From: an uncultured Emergencia sp. | Lineage (GTDB): Bacteria > Bacillota > Clostridia > Peptostreptococcales > Anaerovoracaceae | Length of the DNA stretch: 64,000 nucleotides | NCBI GenBank assembly: GCA_937997955.1 | Contig: CALLDR010000202.1 | Coordinates: 2,413-66,412 of the forward strand | Direction of reading: 5' to 3' | In this document: positions 9,535 through 19,339 of the stretch, piece by piece | How the letters are laid out: each line of letters begins with the position of its first letter | Position numbering within the stretch: the first letter of the stretch is position 1 | Position numbers and translations under genes: made by a program | Notes under the pieces: model-generated | The model's database searches: none | What the model saw: only the letters and a program-made list of their open reading frames with translations | What the model was told of the DNA's origin: nothing

Positions 9535-10917
9535 CTATCTCAGGAACATTCTGAGCCAGCGAAGGCTGTCTCCGTAAGGAGGATACCGCAGAGGCACATC
9601 CAAGCGGAGGCTTTTGCGGAGCACGCTCTTTTGATGGCTGAAGGTCCGAAAGCTCTGTTTGCCGTGATAGCTTCCCATGCCGCTCTCTCCCACGCCGCCA
9701 AAGGGCAGGCCGGGCGCGGCCAGATGCATGATCGTATCGTTGACACAGCCGCCGCCAAAGGACAGGCTTCCCGTCACATATCTGATATTCTGTTCCGAAC
9801 GGCTGAACATATACAGCGCCAGCGGCCGCGGTCTTTTTTCGATCTCGCTCTTCGCCTCATCTAATCGGTCATAGGCGATGACCGGCAGGATCGGTCCGAA
9901 TATCTCATCTTCCATGGCGGGGCTTTCCCAGCTGGCGTCCTCCAGGATCACCGGCTCGATCTTCAGCCGGTTCCGGTCTGTATACCAGGTCCGCGCCGGA
10001 GGCTCCGCTTCCAGCAGGCCGCACAGCCTGTCAAAGTGCTTCTCATTGATGATCTTTCCGTAATCCTTGCTCTCCATGGGATCGTCCCCGTACAGCGCGC
10101 GGATATTTCGATCCATGGCGCTGACCAGCTCTTCCTTTACCGAGCTGTGGACCAGCACATAATCAGGCGCTACGCAGGTCTGTCCGCAGTTGAGGAATTT
10201 GCCCCAGACGATCCGTCTGGCGGACATGGCGATATCCGCCGTTTCGTCTACGATACACGGGCTTTTGCCGCCCAGCTCCAGAGTTACCGGCGTCAGACGC
10301 TCCGCTGCCGCCGCCATCACCTGTCTGCCCACGGCCTTGCCGCCGGTAAAAAAGATGTAGTCGAAGGGCTGCCGCAGCAGATCCTGGTTGGCCTCTCTGC
10401 CCCCGGTCACCGTATACACGTAAGACTCGTCAAAAGCCTCGGCCAGAATCCCTTTGATCGCCTCTGAAACCTTTGGCGAATAGGCCGACGGTTTGACGAC
10501 GGCGCAGTTGCCGGCAGCCAGGGCTCCCGCCAGAGGCGTCAGGGTCAGCTGCACGGGGTAGTTCCACGGCGACATGATCAGAACGCTGCCATAGGGCTCC
10601 TGCAGGAGCTTTCCGCTGGAAGGGAAGTTGGCAAGGCCCGTCCTGGCCCGCCTCGGCAGCGCCAGCTGTTTCAGATGCCGGAGCAGATAGCTGATCTCGC
10701 TGTACACGATGCCCAGCTCCGTGGCGTAGGCTTCATAGGCGGATTTACCCAGATCTGCCCGAAGCGCCGAGAAGAGCTCTTCCTCATGGGCGCGGATCGT
10801 CTCCCGCAGCCGGATCAGCCCATACCTGCGGTATGCCAGATCCCTGGTGGCGCCGCCGCGAAACAGCTGGCGCTGCCGGTCCAGGACCTGCTTGATATCC
10901 GAATAAAATTCCTTCAT
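9535..10917 (-). CDS. Aldehyde dehydrogenase (class-3-like ALDH family)
   Basis: 460 aa with ELGGKSPCIVD and the catalytic-Cys motif FLNCGQTCVAPDY. Confidence 0.9.
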   Translation of the reverse strand: MKEFYSDIKQVLDRQRQLFRGGATRDLAYRRYGLIRLRETIRAHEEELFSALRADLGKSAYEAYATELGIVYSEISYLLRHLKQLALPRRARTGLANFPSSGKLLQEPYGSVLIMSPWNYPVQLTLTPLAGALAAGNCAVVKPSAYSPKVSEAIKGILAEAFDESYVYTVTGGREANQDLLRQPFDYIFFTGGKAVGRQVMAAAAERLTPVTLELGGKSPCIVDETADIAMSARRIVWGKFLNCGQTCVAPDYVLVHSSVKEELVSAMDRNIRALYGDDPMESKDYGKIINEKHFDRLCGLLEAEPPARTWYTDRNRLKIEPVILEDASWESPAMEDEIFGPILPVIAYDRLDEAKSEIEKRPRPLALYMFSRSEQNIRYVTGSLSFGGGCVNDTIMHLAAPGLPFGGVGESGMGSYHGKQSFRTFSHQKSVLRKSLRLDVPLRYPPYGDSLRWLRMFLR

Positions 10918-11143
10918 ATGTATCCCCCTCTGTGTTCTGTTTCACTGCATTTCACGCTTTACATTTCACTCTTTTCATTATATCAACCCAGCCGCTTTCA
11001 CGCAAGCATCAAAAGCGGACAAAAAGGGCCGCGCACACATAATAACTTTGCAGTTATATTTTCCGGTGCGTCAGCCCTATCTTTGACCGATCAGAGTGGA
11101 ATCAAACTCTGATGGGTTTCACGTATAAATTTGATTTTATTAT

Positions 11144-12760
11144 TTATTTTTGACAAACCATATTTTTGAAGTTCCAATCCCATGCCGATCCAATGCTCAT
11201 ATCGCCATAATCGTAATCGTTGCTGATAACTGCAAAGTTTCTCGTGTAATTGTAAACATAGTACGGTTCATCTTCTGTAATGATATCGCAAACCTCAAAC
11301 AGCAGGTCCATTCTCTCGGTGTTGTCTACTGTAACACTTGCTTTTGACAAGAGCTCGTCTACAGTTTTATTGCTGTAGGATGCGCAGTTATATCCGCCTG
11401 CTCCGATATTGCTCGTAGTGTACAGCGGGTACAGGTTTCCTGATGGATCTGGATAATCTGCGCCCCAAGTCGCTACCAGCATATCGTAGTCTCTGACACC
11501 GTCTTTGTCCAAGATGTTGCCAAACTGATAGGAATACAACTCATCGCTGGTTACTGATACAACTTCGACGTCAATTCCAATTTGACTCAACGACTGCTGC
11601 AGCACAAGTGCCACGTCATATCTCTGTGAATCCGCCTGGCTGACTAAAACATTGCACGAGAAGCCTTCCGGTACACTGGACTTTGCCATATACTCCTTTG
11701 CTTTCTCCAGATCATATACGTGCCCTGGCAAGCTTTCCACATATTCCTGCCATCTTTCTGGTTCCACTGTAAACAGGGAATCCGTCATTGGCAGCTGACC
11801 TCCCTTGGTTCCAGTTTCTTTTACAATATTATCACTGATCGAGTCGATATCAATTGCATAAGAAATTGCTTTTCTCACGTTTATATCATCAAAAGGCTCT
11901 CTTGCAGTGTTGAATGCGATATAGTGGATTCCCATTCCCGGATTATCGCAAACGGTCACATTGTCATAACCATGCAAAGTATCTAACAGATTCGTGGAGA
12001 AGTTCGCCGCCATATCGATCTGTCCGCTCTTCAGCGCGGTGGAAAGTGTCGTGTCGTCAGAAATAATGGAGAAGTCAATCTCATCAACATTAGTTTTAGC
12101 GCTGCTATCCCAATAATTTTCATTTTTTGTCAGCACAACTTTAGAACCAGAAGTCCAGCTTTCATATTTAAACGGACCAGTACCGATGATTCCGCCATCT
12201 GCCGAACCGAAATCCTCTCCCTTTTCCTCTGCATAGTCCTTCTTTACGATCATACCGGCCGATGTAGCCAATACATACTGCCAATTTGCGTCTGGCTGAG
12301 AAAGCTTCACGGTTACCTCATAATCGCCAGTCGCTTCGATAGATTCGACATTTTCAAAAAACCAATTCATATATGAACCCAGGTTCTCGTCCATATGCCT
12401 CTGTAAAGAATATACCACATCATCAACCGTCATATCCGACCCGTCTGAAAATTTAACATCCTGTCTAAGATGATAAACATATGTCGTAGGGTCTGCAGCT
12501 TCCCAGGATTCCGCGAGATTACACTTCAGCGCATTGTTCTCATCATGACATAGCAGGCCTTCACATATATTATCGATCACGATGCTCGTGTCATTATCAT
12601 ATGCAAATGCCGGGTCGAGACGGACAATGTCCCCTGCCAAAGCCACATTCATGACTACTTTTCCATCTCCTCCATTGTCACCGCCGCCGCAGGCAGTAAA
12701 TGCAGTTGCGATCATGAGTACAGCCAGCAATATTGCAGCATACTTTTTTGCCTTCTTCAT
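11144..12760 (-). CDS. ABC peptide/nickel-type substrate-binding lipoprotein (family 5, Opp/Dpp-like)
   Basis: The start was moved to ATG 12760, which follows AGGAGG. Lipobox LMIATAFTAC-GG. SBP_bac_5-like length and sequence. The ORF-track extension (MWHAIV...) has no RBS. Confidence 0.85.
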   Translation of the reverse strand: MKKAKKYAAILLAVLMIATAFTACGGGDNGGDGKVVMNVALAGDIVRLDPAFAYDNDTSIVIDNICEGLLCHDENNALKCNLAESWEAADPTTYVYHLRQDVKFSDGSDMTVDDVVYSLQRHMDENLGSYMNWFFENVESIEATGDYEVTVKLSQPDANWQYVLATSAGMIVKKDYAEEKGEDFGSADGGIIGTGPFKYESWTSGSKVVLTKNENYWDSSAKTNVDEIDFSIISDDTTLSTALKSGQIDMAANFSTNLLDTLHGYDNVTVCDNPGMGIHYIAFNTAREPFDDINVRKAISYAIDIDSISDNIVKETGTKGGQLPMTDSLFTVEPERWQEYVESLPGHVYDLEKAKEYMAKSSVPEGFSCNVLVSQADSQRYDVALVLQQSLSQIGIDVEVVSVTSDELYSYQFGNILDKDGVRDYDMLVATWGADYPDPSGNLYPLYTTSNIGAGGYNCASYSNKTVDELLSKASVTVDNTERMDLLFEVCDIITEDEPYYVYNYTRNFAVISNDYDYGDMSIGSAWDWNFKNMVCQK

Positions 12761-12791
12761 TGTAATTACCTCCTTGTTAATTTTATTGAAT

Positions 12792-13757
12792 TTATCTATA
12801 ACGATGGCATGCCACATAATGACCTTCCTCCACCATTACTAGCTCCGGTTCTTCCTCCCTGCAGCATTGCATGCATACTGAACATCGGGAGGCAAAACGA
12901 CATCCCTTCGGGACATCAACCGCGGTAGGAATGTCTCCTGTCAAAAGGATTCGTTTACTTCCTTCTCCCATAGGATCTATCACAGGAATAGCTGACATCA
13001 GCGCTTGAGTGTATGGATGCAGCAAGTTGCGGAACAAAATATTTGTCTTACCTGACTCAACGACACGTCCCAGATACATCACGGCCACTTCATCGCAGAT
13101 ATGCTCTACTACCGTCATATCGTGTGAAATGAACAGCATCGTCGTATGGAAGGCTTCTTTTAAATCCAGAATCAGATTCAGGATCTGCGCTTGAACAGAT
13201 ACGTCCAATGCCGAAACCGGCTCATCTGCTACTATGAATCCAGGTTTCAACAGCAACGCTCTCGCAATAGCAAGCCGCTGCAGCTGTCCTCCCGACAGCT
13301 CGTGCGGAAATCGATCCAGTTCATTTTCCGTCAAACTGATATAAGAGAGGAGCTCCTGTATTCTGTTTTCAATCTCTTCTTTTTTCATGCCATTGATCCT
13401 GCATGGCTCCCGCAGCGAATATCCAAGCTTTAACTTAGGATTAAAGCTTGAATAAGGATTCTGAAAGACCATTTGCATTTGGGAGAGCAATGGCCGCAGT
13501 TCCTTTCTGCTCTGATGGGAAATATCCTGCCCCCGAAAGAACACTTTTCCATCTGTCAAAGTCTGAAGGCGCATCATACACTTTCCTAAGGTGCTCTTTC
13601 CACAGCCCGACTCGCCTACAATACCATAGACGACGCCTTCCTTCACTTCAATTGACACGCCGTCCAGCGCTTTCAACGTTTTATTGCCTTGAAAAGGGTA
13701 ATACCTTTTTATATTTTTTGTCTCAATGCATATGTTGCTTTGTTCCTGTCTGCTCAT
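12792..13757 (-). CDS. Oligopeptide/dipeptide ABC transporter ATP-binding protein (OppF/DppF-like)
   Basis: Walker A GESGCGKST, signature LSGGQLQR, and an Opp C-terminal Cys-rich tail. ATGA overlap with the upstream gene. Confidence 0.9.
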   Translation of the reverse strand: MSRQEQSNICIETKNIKRYYPFQGNKTLKALDGVSIEVKEGVVYGIVGESGCGKSTLGKCMMRLQTLTDGKVFFRGQDISHQSRKELRPLLSQMQMVFQNPYSSFNPKLKLGYSLREPCRINGMKKEEIENRIQELLSYISLTENELDRFPHELSGGQLQRLAIARALLLKPGFIVADEPVSALDVSVQAQILNLILDLKEAFHTTMLFISHDMTVVEHICDEVAVMYLGRVVESGKTNILFRNLLHPYTQALMSAIPVIDPMGEGSKRILLTGDIPTAVDVPKGCRFASRCSVCMQCCREEEPELVMVEEGHYVACHRYR

Positions 13758-14743
13758 TTCTCCTCACACTCCTCCGCAAAATGACATGCCGCCATATGGC
13801 CGGGACCAAACTCCGACTTGCAGGAGATCAGCAGAGGCTTCTCGATACTGCAACGTTCTGCAGCAAGTTCACATCGAGGTGCAAAAGGACAACCCTCTAC
13901 CAGATCGAAAAGTTCCGGCGGATTTCCCTTGATGGTGGTCAATTTTTCTCCAGCAAAGCCGCGCTTTGGGATGCTGGCGATCAATGCCCTGCTGTAAGGA
14001 TTCATCGTATTTAAAAAGATGTCCTTTTTACTGCCCGTCTCCAATACCGTTCCAGCATACATAACTGAAACCTGATCGCAGATTTCTGACACAATTCCAA
14101 AGTTATGCGTAATCACCAGAATTGCGACGCCAAGTTCCTTCTGAAGGTCCTTAAGAAGTTCCAAAATCTGGGCCTGAATCGTCACATCCAGCGCCGTCGT
14201 CGGCTCATCTGCTATGATCAGATCCGGCTTTGCTGCGATGGCCATTGCGATTACAACCCGCTGCAGCATTCCACCCGAGAATTCAAACGGGTACTGCTCA
14301 TACCTCACCTCCGGAGGAAAGATCCCCACCTGCTCCAGTAAAGCCATGGTTTTTTGCTTAGCCGTCTTCTTGTTGTCATGAAAATGACGGATGAATACTT
14401 CGTCGATCTGCTCTCCCACAGTAAAAAGGGGATTTAATGCGGACATCGGATCCTGGAAAATCATGCTGATCTTCCTCCCTCTGATAGCCTGCATCTCCTT
14501 TTCAGAAAGCTGCAGAAGATCTCTTCCCTGAAGATTGATTTCTCCCCGCATCCGCACCAGCCGTTTATTATGCAGTCCCATCACAGCCTTAGCTGTAACG
14601 CTCTTGCCGCAGCCTGATTCGCCCACGATTCCATGAATAGAACCCTTCTCTACAGTTAAGTTTACCCCTCTTACCGCATGTATCAGTCCTCGCGTCGACA
14701 TAATATCCACGGACAGGTTCTTTATTTCTAAGAGTGCTGACAT
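13754..14743 (-). CDS. Oligopeptide/dipeptide ABC transporter ATP-binding protein (OppD/DppD-like)
   Basis: Walker A GESGCGKSV, signature FSGGMLQR, and an oligopeptide-type C-terminal domain. Confidence 0.9.
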   Translation of the reverse strand: MSALLEIKNLSVDIMSTRGLIHAVRGVNLTVEKGSIHGIVGESGCGKSVTAKAVMGLHNKRLVRMRGEINLQGRDLLQLSEKEMQAIRGRKISMIFQDPMSALNPLFTVGEQIDEVFIRHFHDNKKTAKQKTMALLEQVGIFPPEVRYEQYPFEFSGGMLQRVVIAMAIAAKPDLIIADEPTTALDVTIQAQILELLKDLQKELGVAILVITHNFGIVSEICDQVSVMYAGTVLETGSKKDIFLNTMNPYSRALIASIPKRGFAGEKLTTIKGNPPELFDLVEGCPFAPRCELAAERCSIEKPLLISCKSEFGPGHMAACHFAEECEEK

Positions 14744-15699
14744 GACTGCGACCTCCCATTCACATCTTGATTCTTCGCTTTCTGCGCTTCCAGCTTTCTA
14801 ACCCTTCTTTCGTAAGCTCTGTCATATTTCCTAAACGAAGGAAGCTTTCTCTGTCTTGGTTCCAAATACCTATATAATCCATCACTGAAAATATTGATCG
14901 CAACAACCAACAGTATGATACATAGTCCCGGCAGCAGTGCCAGTAAAGGATTCTGCATCAGATAGGATCTTCCTTCATTCAGCATATTCCCCCAATCAGC
15001 TGTAGGCGCCTGCACACCAAAACCTAAAAAGCTCATGCCCGCCAGATCCAATATCGCATAGCCAAGATTCAATGTCAGCTGTACAATCACACTCGAGACG
15101 CAATTGGGAATGATGTGTACGAACATGATTCGTATATCAGAATAGCACATGGAATGCAGCGCCTCGACATACAGCTTGTTCTTTTCTACCATTGTCAGAG
15201 AACGGACCAGTCTTGCAATTCCCGGAATATACACGATACCTAACGCGAGGATGGCATTGCTCATATTTCTTCCCAAGCCCGCAACTAATACGAAAGCCAA
15301 TAAGAGCGACGGAAAGGATAGTATAATATCGCAAATTCTCATAAAGAACGCATCCGTCTTTCCTCCATAATATCCACATACAAGGCCTACCGGTACGCCT
15401 ATGACGATGGAAAGAAAAACAATTGCCAATCCTCCAAAGATCGTCGTTCTCCCACCATAAAACAACCTCGTCAGAATATCTCGTCCTACGGAATCTGTCC
15501 CCGCAACATGTGCGCTCGTCGGTCCGCTCAGCGTAGCGCCCATATCCTGCACGTACGGATCATACGGTGAAATCAGCGGAGCGAATACACTGCAAAAAAG
15601 TATGATGCCCAATATGATAAGTGAAACAATAACGGGTATGGTAAATAAAGTACCTGTCTTCCCTTTCGATGAAAGGCTCAGTTCTTTTTTACGAAACAT
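14728..15699 (-). CDS. ABC peptide transporter permease (OppC/DppC-like)
   Basis: Multi-TM BPD_transp_1-type permease in operon context. Confidence 0.85.
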   Translation of the reverse strand: MFRKKELSLSSKGKTGTLFTIPVIVSLIILGIILFCSVFAPLISPYDPYVQDMGATLSGPTSAHVAGTDSVGRDILTRLFYGGRTTIFGGLAIVFLSIVIGVPVGLVCGYYGGKTDAFFMRICDIILSFPSLLLAFVLVAGLGRNMSNAILALGIVYIPGIARLVRSLTMVEKNKLYVEALHSMCYSDIRIMFVHIIPNCVSSVIVQLTLNLGYAILDLAGMSFLGFGVQAPTADWGNMLNEGRSYLMQNPLLALLPGLCIILLVVAINIFSDGLYRYLEPRQRKLPSFRKYDRAYERRVRKLEAQKAKNQDVNGRSQSCQHS

Positions 15700-15712
15700 A
15701 ATATTTCTCCTT

Positions 15713-16651
15713 CTATTCCAATCTGATTCTTGGATCTAATACTGCGTATAAAACATCCACCAGTAAATTACAGAGCAGGAACACCACTACCATCAGCAGT
15801 GTTAAACTCTGTATAACCGGATAGTCCGACTTGCTTATACTATCCGCTAATAAGGAGCCTACGCCGTTTAAAGAGAACACCTTTTCTACTAAGACAGATC
15901 CTCCAAGCATGCCCGCAATCTCCAGGCTTGTCACAGTCAGCACAGGTATTGCTGCGTTTTTCAGAGCGTGTTTATATACAACCTGCCACCGCTTCAAACC
16001 TTTCGCAGTTACTGTTTCAATGTAATTAGATGTCAGCTGCTCCACCATATTGCTTCGAGTAATCCTCATAATCAGTGCCATCCTGCCAAAAGCCAGCGAC
16101 ACAGCTGGCAGGATCAGGTATCGTATATTGCTGATCCAGTCGGTTCCTGTTCCAAATGTAGGAAATATCGGAATAACCATCGTAAATAACAGCATCAACA
16201 AAATACCGGTAAAGAACGACGGCGACGAAACAAGCACCAATGAAGTAACCGTTAACGTCTGATCCACCATGCTGTTCATCTTAGAGGCGCTCAGCACCCC
16301 TAACGGTATGCCGATGAATATCATCAGTATTGAGCTCATCAATACTAACTCGACAGTTATAGAAATTCTCGTACCCAGCAGTGATGCAACGGATTCTCTG
16401 AATTGATAGCTTTTCCCAAAATCGCCGTGGAACATCCCGCTGATCCAGGTCACATATTGTTCCGGCAAAGACTTGTCCAGATTATATTCCACCCTAAGAG
16501 CCGCTATCGTGTCTTCACTCATCGCTTTTCCCTTTGTGATAGATGCAATCGGATCTAACGGCGTGATCCGGACTACTAAAAAGATCAGGATCGATACGAT
16601 AAACACCGTAATAATCAGCTGCAGAATACGTTTAGAAATATATTTTGCCAT
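15713..16651 (-). CDS. ABC peptide transporter permease (OppB/DppB-like)
   Basis: N-terminus MAKYISKRILQLIITVF is typical of OppB/DppB. Six predicted TM segments. Confidence 0.85.
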   Translation of the reverse strand: MAKYISKRILQLIITVFIVSILIFLVVRITPLDPIASITKGKAMSEDTIAALRVEYNLDKSLPEQYVTWISGMFHGDFGKSYQFRESVASLLGTRISITVELVLMSSILMIFIGIPLGVLSASKMNSMVDQTLTVTSLVLVSSPSFFTGILLMLLFTMVIPIFPTFGTGTDWISNIRYLILPAVSLAFGRMALIMRITRSNMVEQLTSNYIETVTAKGLKRWQVVYKHALKNAAIPVLTVTSLEIAGMLGGSVLVEKVFSLNGVGSLLADSISKSDYPVIQSLTLLMVVVFLLCNLLVDVLYAVLDPRIRLE

Positions 16652-16678
16652 TTTGCGCCTCCCATCGCTCCTCGTTTC

Positions 16679-17527
16679 TCACAAATAAAGATCTGCATCG
16701 TCGCGGAAGATGCCCGCCAAAGTGGTCCCGTTCAAGAATGCCCGATACACTGTCAAATAGTCCGTTCCACTGTATCTGACCGTATTCTCATCCAGGCGAA
16801 TCGTTCCCGCGATACCCATAGCCATCGCAGCCTGCGCCTCTGCCGTATAGCGAACATCTAACTCAATCTGTCCATCAATTTTCATAGGTTTGATGCCATC
16901 ATCTTTATAACTTCTCAACGCTTTTTCAACTGTATTTGTTATATTCTCTGCGTTCCTCTTCGGGTGATGACAGAGCGCAGCATTATTGCTGATAGCAATC
17001 TTTGTTTCCACCGTGTAAATACCGGGAATACTCTTTTTTGCATCCTCAATGACTTGATCATCGCCAGATAAGAATACTACCGGCACGTCATATGCGCCTA
17101 TGCATAACCCCACTAAATCGTGTTCTGAAATCAGGGTTCCATTTAATCTCATTTCGACCATAGTTCCATACGCATAGCTATGACTCGCGACCCCTTTTCC
17201 CCCTTTTCTCTTGTGATATCCAATAAACAGCGCAGCATCACAGCCCAGATCACAGCCTTCAGCCATACCCAATGGGCGAATTCCACCAGAAATCAAATCG
17301 ACTCGTTCATCCAACTGGTCAATCAACAGATTATTTCCTGCATTGTGCGCATCATTTACGATAACCTGCGTTGCGCCTGCCCGATATGCACCCTCCACAG
17401 CGGCATTCACATCATTAGCCATCATCCTCTGCGCCCAAGGATACAAAGTCTGATGGCTGGGCATCACTTGTCCTAATTTATAAATACCTGAGATTCCCTC
17501 AGCATCCATTGAAATATATATTCTCAT
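16679..17527 (-). CDS. dppA: M55-family D-aminopeptidase (DppA-like)
   Basis: MRIYISMDAEGISGI matches the DppA N-terminus. The start is set at ATG 17527, which follows AGGAGG-N5. The longer ORF-track start at 17587 has no SD. Confidence 0.85.
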   Translation of the reverse strand: MRIYISMDAEGISGIYKLGQVMPSHQTLYPWAQRMMANDVNAAVEGAYRAGATQVIVNDAHNAGNNLLIDQLDERVDLISGGIRPLGMAEGCDLGCDAALFIGYHKRKGGKGVASHSYAYGTMVEMRLNGTLISEHDLVGLCIGAYDVPVVFLSGDDQVIEDAKKSIPGIYTVETKIAISNNAALCHHPKRNAENITNTVEKALRSYKDDGIKPMKIDGQIELDVRYTAEAQAAMAMGIAGTIRLDENTVRYSGTDYLTVYRAFLNGTTLAGIFRDDADLYL

Positions 17528-17586
17528 GTTTCCTCCTATTTCATCATTTACAAAAAAGTTCTTATCAGTCAATTGATCCTTTAGCA

Positions 17587-19053
17587 TTAATTCCGTTTTC
17601 GAAAAAGAATCGGGGCAACCATCGGTTCATACCGGATGCTTACGCCGTCGATATTTCCATCCTTATCATCCTGCCCATTTACGGGAACCTTCATGGTTAA
17701 AATATCTTCTTTGACACCATCCAGCCAAAATGAGGATCTGCCCCAATGATGCAGTGGAAGCGTCTGATCCCGATATTGAAGATAGAGCTGACCGTTTCTC
17801 ATTTCTATCGTTACAGTTCCATATCCCGGTTCAAAATACTCTCCAACATAGTCGCCAAACGGATGCTCCGACAGCTCCCCTTTGGCGTCATTGCTCAAGT
17901 AGCCGGTTGTCAAATCCTCTTCACAATCGTCGTATCTCTCTATCGGCGCTTCTTCCTGCTGATCCCGAAACCGCTTTTCCCAATGCGCATCTGGATATCC
18001 TAAAGCCCTGTCGAGAATTCTGTACAGCATAGTATAAAATACGGGGGTCGACGGCGAATGCAGATTCATCAAAATAGCGACGCCAATCTGATCATCCGGC
18101 AAATATACCTGCAAAGTGCTGTACCCTTCTATTTTTCCAGAATGCTTCTGAAATCTATGGCCACGATAATCACCGCATTGCCAGCCCATGCAATAGCCTT
18201 TGCCTGGATAGCAGTCTTCGGCCAGACCTGCGCTGTCTACATAATCCATCTGTTTTTCATGCATCTGCCGAAAGTTTTTTTCCGAAATAAGCACCTCGCC
18301 GGACGGTCCTTTTCCACCGTCAATATGGAAATGAAGCCATTTAGCCATATCCTTCGGCGTGCTGTTTACTGACGCTGCCGGCCCGGCTAAATCTACGTTC
18401 CAAAATGGAAGTCTGGTCAACGTACTGCCGACAAATTTATAAGGCACAGCATGATTATCATCTGACAAAATTTCCTGTGCCGTGCAGGTTGTTCTCTCCA
18501 TCTTTAAAGGAGCGAGAAGATAATTGCGAAGCAAAACATCCCAAGACTCACCCGAAACGGCTTCTGTCACATATCCTGCAAGCGCGTAAATCAGATTGCT
18601 GTACTGAGCCTTCTGACGAAACGGCAGATTTGGTTCAAGATAACGCAGCCTCTGTGCAAGTTCTTTCCTTGTAATTGAGCCAGGCCACAATGCATCGTGC
18701 CCCCCGAGACCCGTCCTGTGGCATAACATATCACGAATCGTCATTTCATCATTCGCAGTTTTATCCTTCATCATCAAATCAGGAACCATATCTTTTATCG
18801 GCTTGTCAAAACTGAGTTGATCCAGGTCAACTAGTTTGGCAACCAAAGCAGCTGTCATGGACTTTGAGCAAGACGCAATGCAGAATTGGGTATCCTCATC
18901 TACCGGTAATTTGTTTTCCACATCTCTATAGCCCAGGCATAATATCTGATCTTCCTGTCCCGGTTGGATTAACACAACTGCTAATCCTGGTATCCGCCAA
19001 TAATTCTTTTCTCTTTGAATATAATCTTTATCTAATTGAATTGATCGTACCAA
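17587..19053 (-). CDS. S12 serine hydrolase (beta-lactamase/D-aminopeptidase/DD-carboxypeptidase fold) with extra C-terminal domain
   Basis: SxxK motif CSKSMTA after IPGLAVVLI, plus a C-terminal beta-rich domain. The start is proposed at TTG 19053 (GAGAGGAG-N6-TTG), because a sigma-54 promoter lies inside the longer ORF-track version. ATG 19089 is an alternative start. Confidence 0.8.
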   Translation of the reverse strand: MVRSIQLDKDYIQREKNYWRIPGLAVVLIQPGQEDQILCLGYRDVENKLPVDEDTQFCIASCSKSMTAALVAKLVDLDQLSFDKPIKDMVPDLMMKDKTANDEMTIRDMLCHRTGLGGHDALWPGSITRKELAQRLRYLEPNLPFRQKAQYSNLIYALAGYVTEAVSGESWDVLLRNYLLAPLKMERTTCTAQEILSDDNHAVPYKFVGSTLTRLPFWNVDLAGPAASVNSTPKDMAKWLHFHIDGGKGPSGEVLISEKNFRQMHEKQMDYVDSAGLAEDCYPGKGYCMGWQCGDYRGHRFQKHSGKIEGYSTLQVYLPDDQIGVAILMNLHSPSTPVFYTMLYRILDRALGYPDAHWEKRFRDQQEEAPIERYDDCEEDLTTGYLSNDAKGELSEHPFGDYVGEYFEPGYGTVTIEMRNGQLYLQYRDQTLPLHHWGRSSFWLDGVKEDILTMKVPVNGQDDKDGNIDGVSIRYEPMVAPILFRKRN

Positions 19054-19114
19054 TTTATGCTCCTCTCTTTGAACCTTCACATAAAACATTTTCCGAAACT
19101 TAATATATTTAATA

Positions 19115-19130
19115 CGCAAATTCCATGCCA
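19115..19130 (-). promoter_or_regulatory. Sigma-54 (-24/-12) promoter P1
   Basis: The minus strand reads TGGCAT-ggaat-TTGCG with canonical GG/GC spacing. It is oriented toward the hydrolase/dppA/opp operon, and a divergent sigma-54 activator is adjacent. Confidence 0.75.
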
Positions 19131-19287
19131 TCGTTTCGGCATTTTTCATATTTTTTCGTCATATCTGTATTCTTGAAAAATTGGCACTTTTGGCGTCAGA
19201 ATTTTTCCTCAAGCCTATTCATTTCAGACATAGGCGTCCATCAAAAGCCATTAAAAACCATTTAAAACCATTTATCTTGATTTTTCT

Positions 19288-19315
19288 TTGACCTTCATCT
19301 ATAATAAAATATATT
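19288..19315 (+). promoter_or_regulatory. Putative sigma-70 promoter of the activator gene
   Basis: TTGACC-16 nt-TATATT, about 25 nt upstream of the start codon at 19340. Confidence 0.45.
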
Positions 19316-19339
19316 TACGTAGAAAAGGCGGACACGAAA

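Noticed and set aside
19181-19197. Plus-strand TTGGCACTTTTGGCGTC looked like a sigma-54 -24 element in front of the activator gene.
   Set aside because: The GG-to-GC spacing is 10 nt instead of 12, and there is no TTGC -12 element. The properly spaced element is on the other strand at 19115-19130.
19192-19200. An 8-mer TCTGACGC (minus strand) shared by the regions upstream of P1 and P3 (63627-63634), considered as a common activator site.
   Set aside because: A shared 8-mer between two roughly 170-nt spacers is close to chance expectation (about 0.4). It is absent upstream of P2.
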